NCBI GenBank assembly: GCA_973895155.1 | Contig: OZ316893.1 | Coordinates: forward strand, 10,545,660 to 10,609,659 | Reading direction: 5' to 3' | From: Marsupella aquatica | Lineage: Eukaryota > Plantae > Marchantiophyta | Length of the DNA: 64,000 nucleotides | In this document: in pieces, positions 63,300 to 64,000 of the stretch | Layout: every line of letters begins with the position of its first letter | How positions within the stretch are numbered: position 1 is the stretch's first letter | Notes under the pieces: generated by a model | Told to the model about the DNA's origin: nothing | The model's input: only the letters and a program-made list of their open reading frames with translations | Database searches by the model: none | Made by a program: the position numbers and the translations under genes

Positions 63300-63640
63300 T
63301 GACCTGTAAGAATCTATGTCTGCACTCGGGCTCTTACCTGACAAGATGGCTTTGTCCAACTCTAATTTGACATGGAAAGGTAGTCTTTCCCTGGATGTAA
63401 AGAGGAACCTGAAACCCACATATATTTGAAAGTACCATAATCCATTCATGCAAACAAAAAACAAATTGACCAGAAGACATGTCAAATTCTTGGTGGCTCA
63501 GCTCAAAAATGACAAAGCTCACAAATGTATGGTTCCCAAAACTGCAGGGTGTAAAAATGTAGGGGCCATTTAGAGACATAGTGACGAAATTAAACAGCCT
63601 GAATGTCTTCATTTAGACTAAATGCCTGCAGACAAGGCTT
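63300..63640 (-). pseudogene. Possible highly decayed L1-type reverse transcriptase fragment
   Basis: Ordered weak motifs NFVTMSLNGPYIF (cf. NxRPISLxNxxYKI), SSGQFVF (cf. PxQxGF) and HVKLELDKAI (cf. KLDFxKAY) across a frameshift. Confidence 0.3.
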
Positions 63641-64000
63641 CTGTTGAAATAAGCTGTGAACACCTGTTTTGGCTAGGTGTTGGCTACATCCCCCCAAAAG
63701 TAGAATAACAAGACTTTCTTGCTGTAATGTTTTTCAATGGGCACCTGCAAAAGTCTCAAAGCGAATTGAAAGGACTCTTCGCAACTAGAGTCCACGGTTC
63801 AAGGGTTCACATTCGCCCTTCAACTAGAATACTTATTTCATTATTACAACTCATGAATTGTATGTGTCGATCCTTCTTTTGAAAAAGTTTTAAGAACTTT
63901 TTGGATCGATTGGGTGTCAAAAACCTTTTTCAAGCAGATCTGTCGTCTCGTAGTGCTTTTGTCCATCCATGTCACTTTTTGACAAGAAAGAGCCATTGGT

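Overview
Eukaryotic land-plant DNA with spliceosomal introns; the architecture suggests a bryophyte or other seed-free plant, but that is inference. There are three host genes: a 3-exon STAR1/ABCI17-type ABC ATPase (+), a coiled-coil protein gene with at least 10 coding exons (-), and a GRAS transcription factor with an intronless CDS and a miR171-like site (-). The rest is rich in transposons: two full-length ~4.8 kb Mutator-like elements (MULEs), several PIF/Harbinger (Tourist-like) MITEs, two inverted copia-type solo LTRs, a CRE-type non-LTR relic, a candidate tRNA-derived SINE and many 60-90 bp tandem duplications. The main finding concerns the two MULEs. Their TIRs are unrelated and their transposases have diverged, yet both carry a second, convergently oriented gene in the position mudrB occupies in maize MuDR. 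That gene encodes a stand-alone RNase H1 N-terminal / caulimovirus P6 (Cauli_VI) hybrid/dsRNA-binding domain. This is a candidate undescribed two-gene MULE lineage with an RNA:DNA- or dsRNA-binding accessory protein. All calls were made by eye; no database searches were run.
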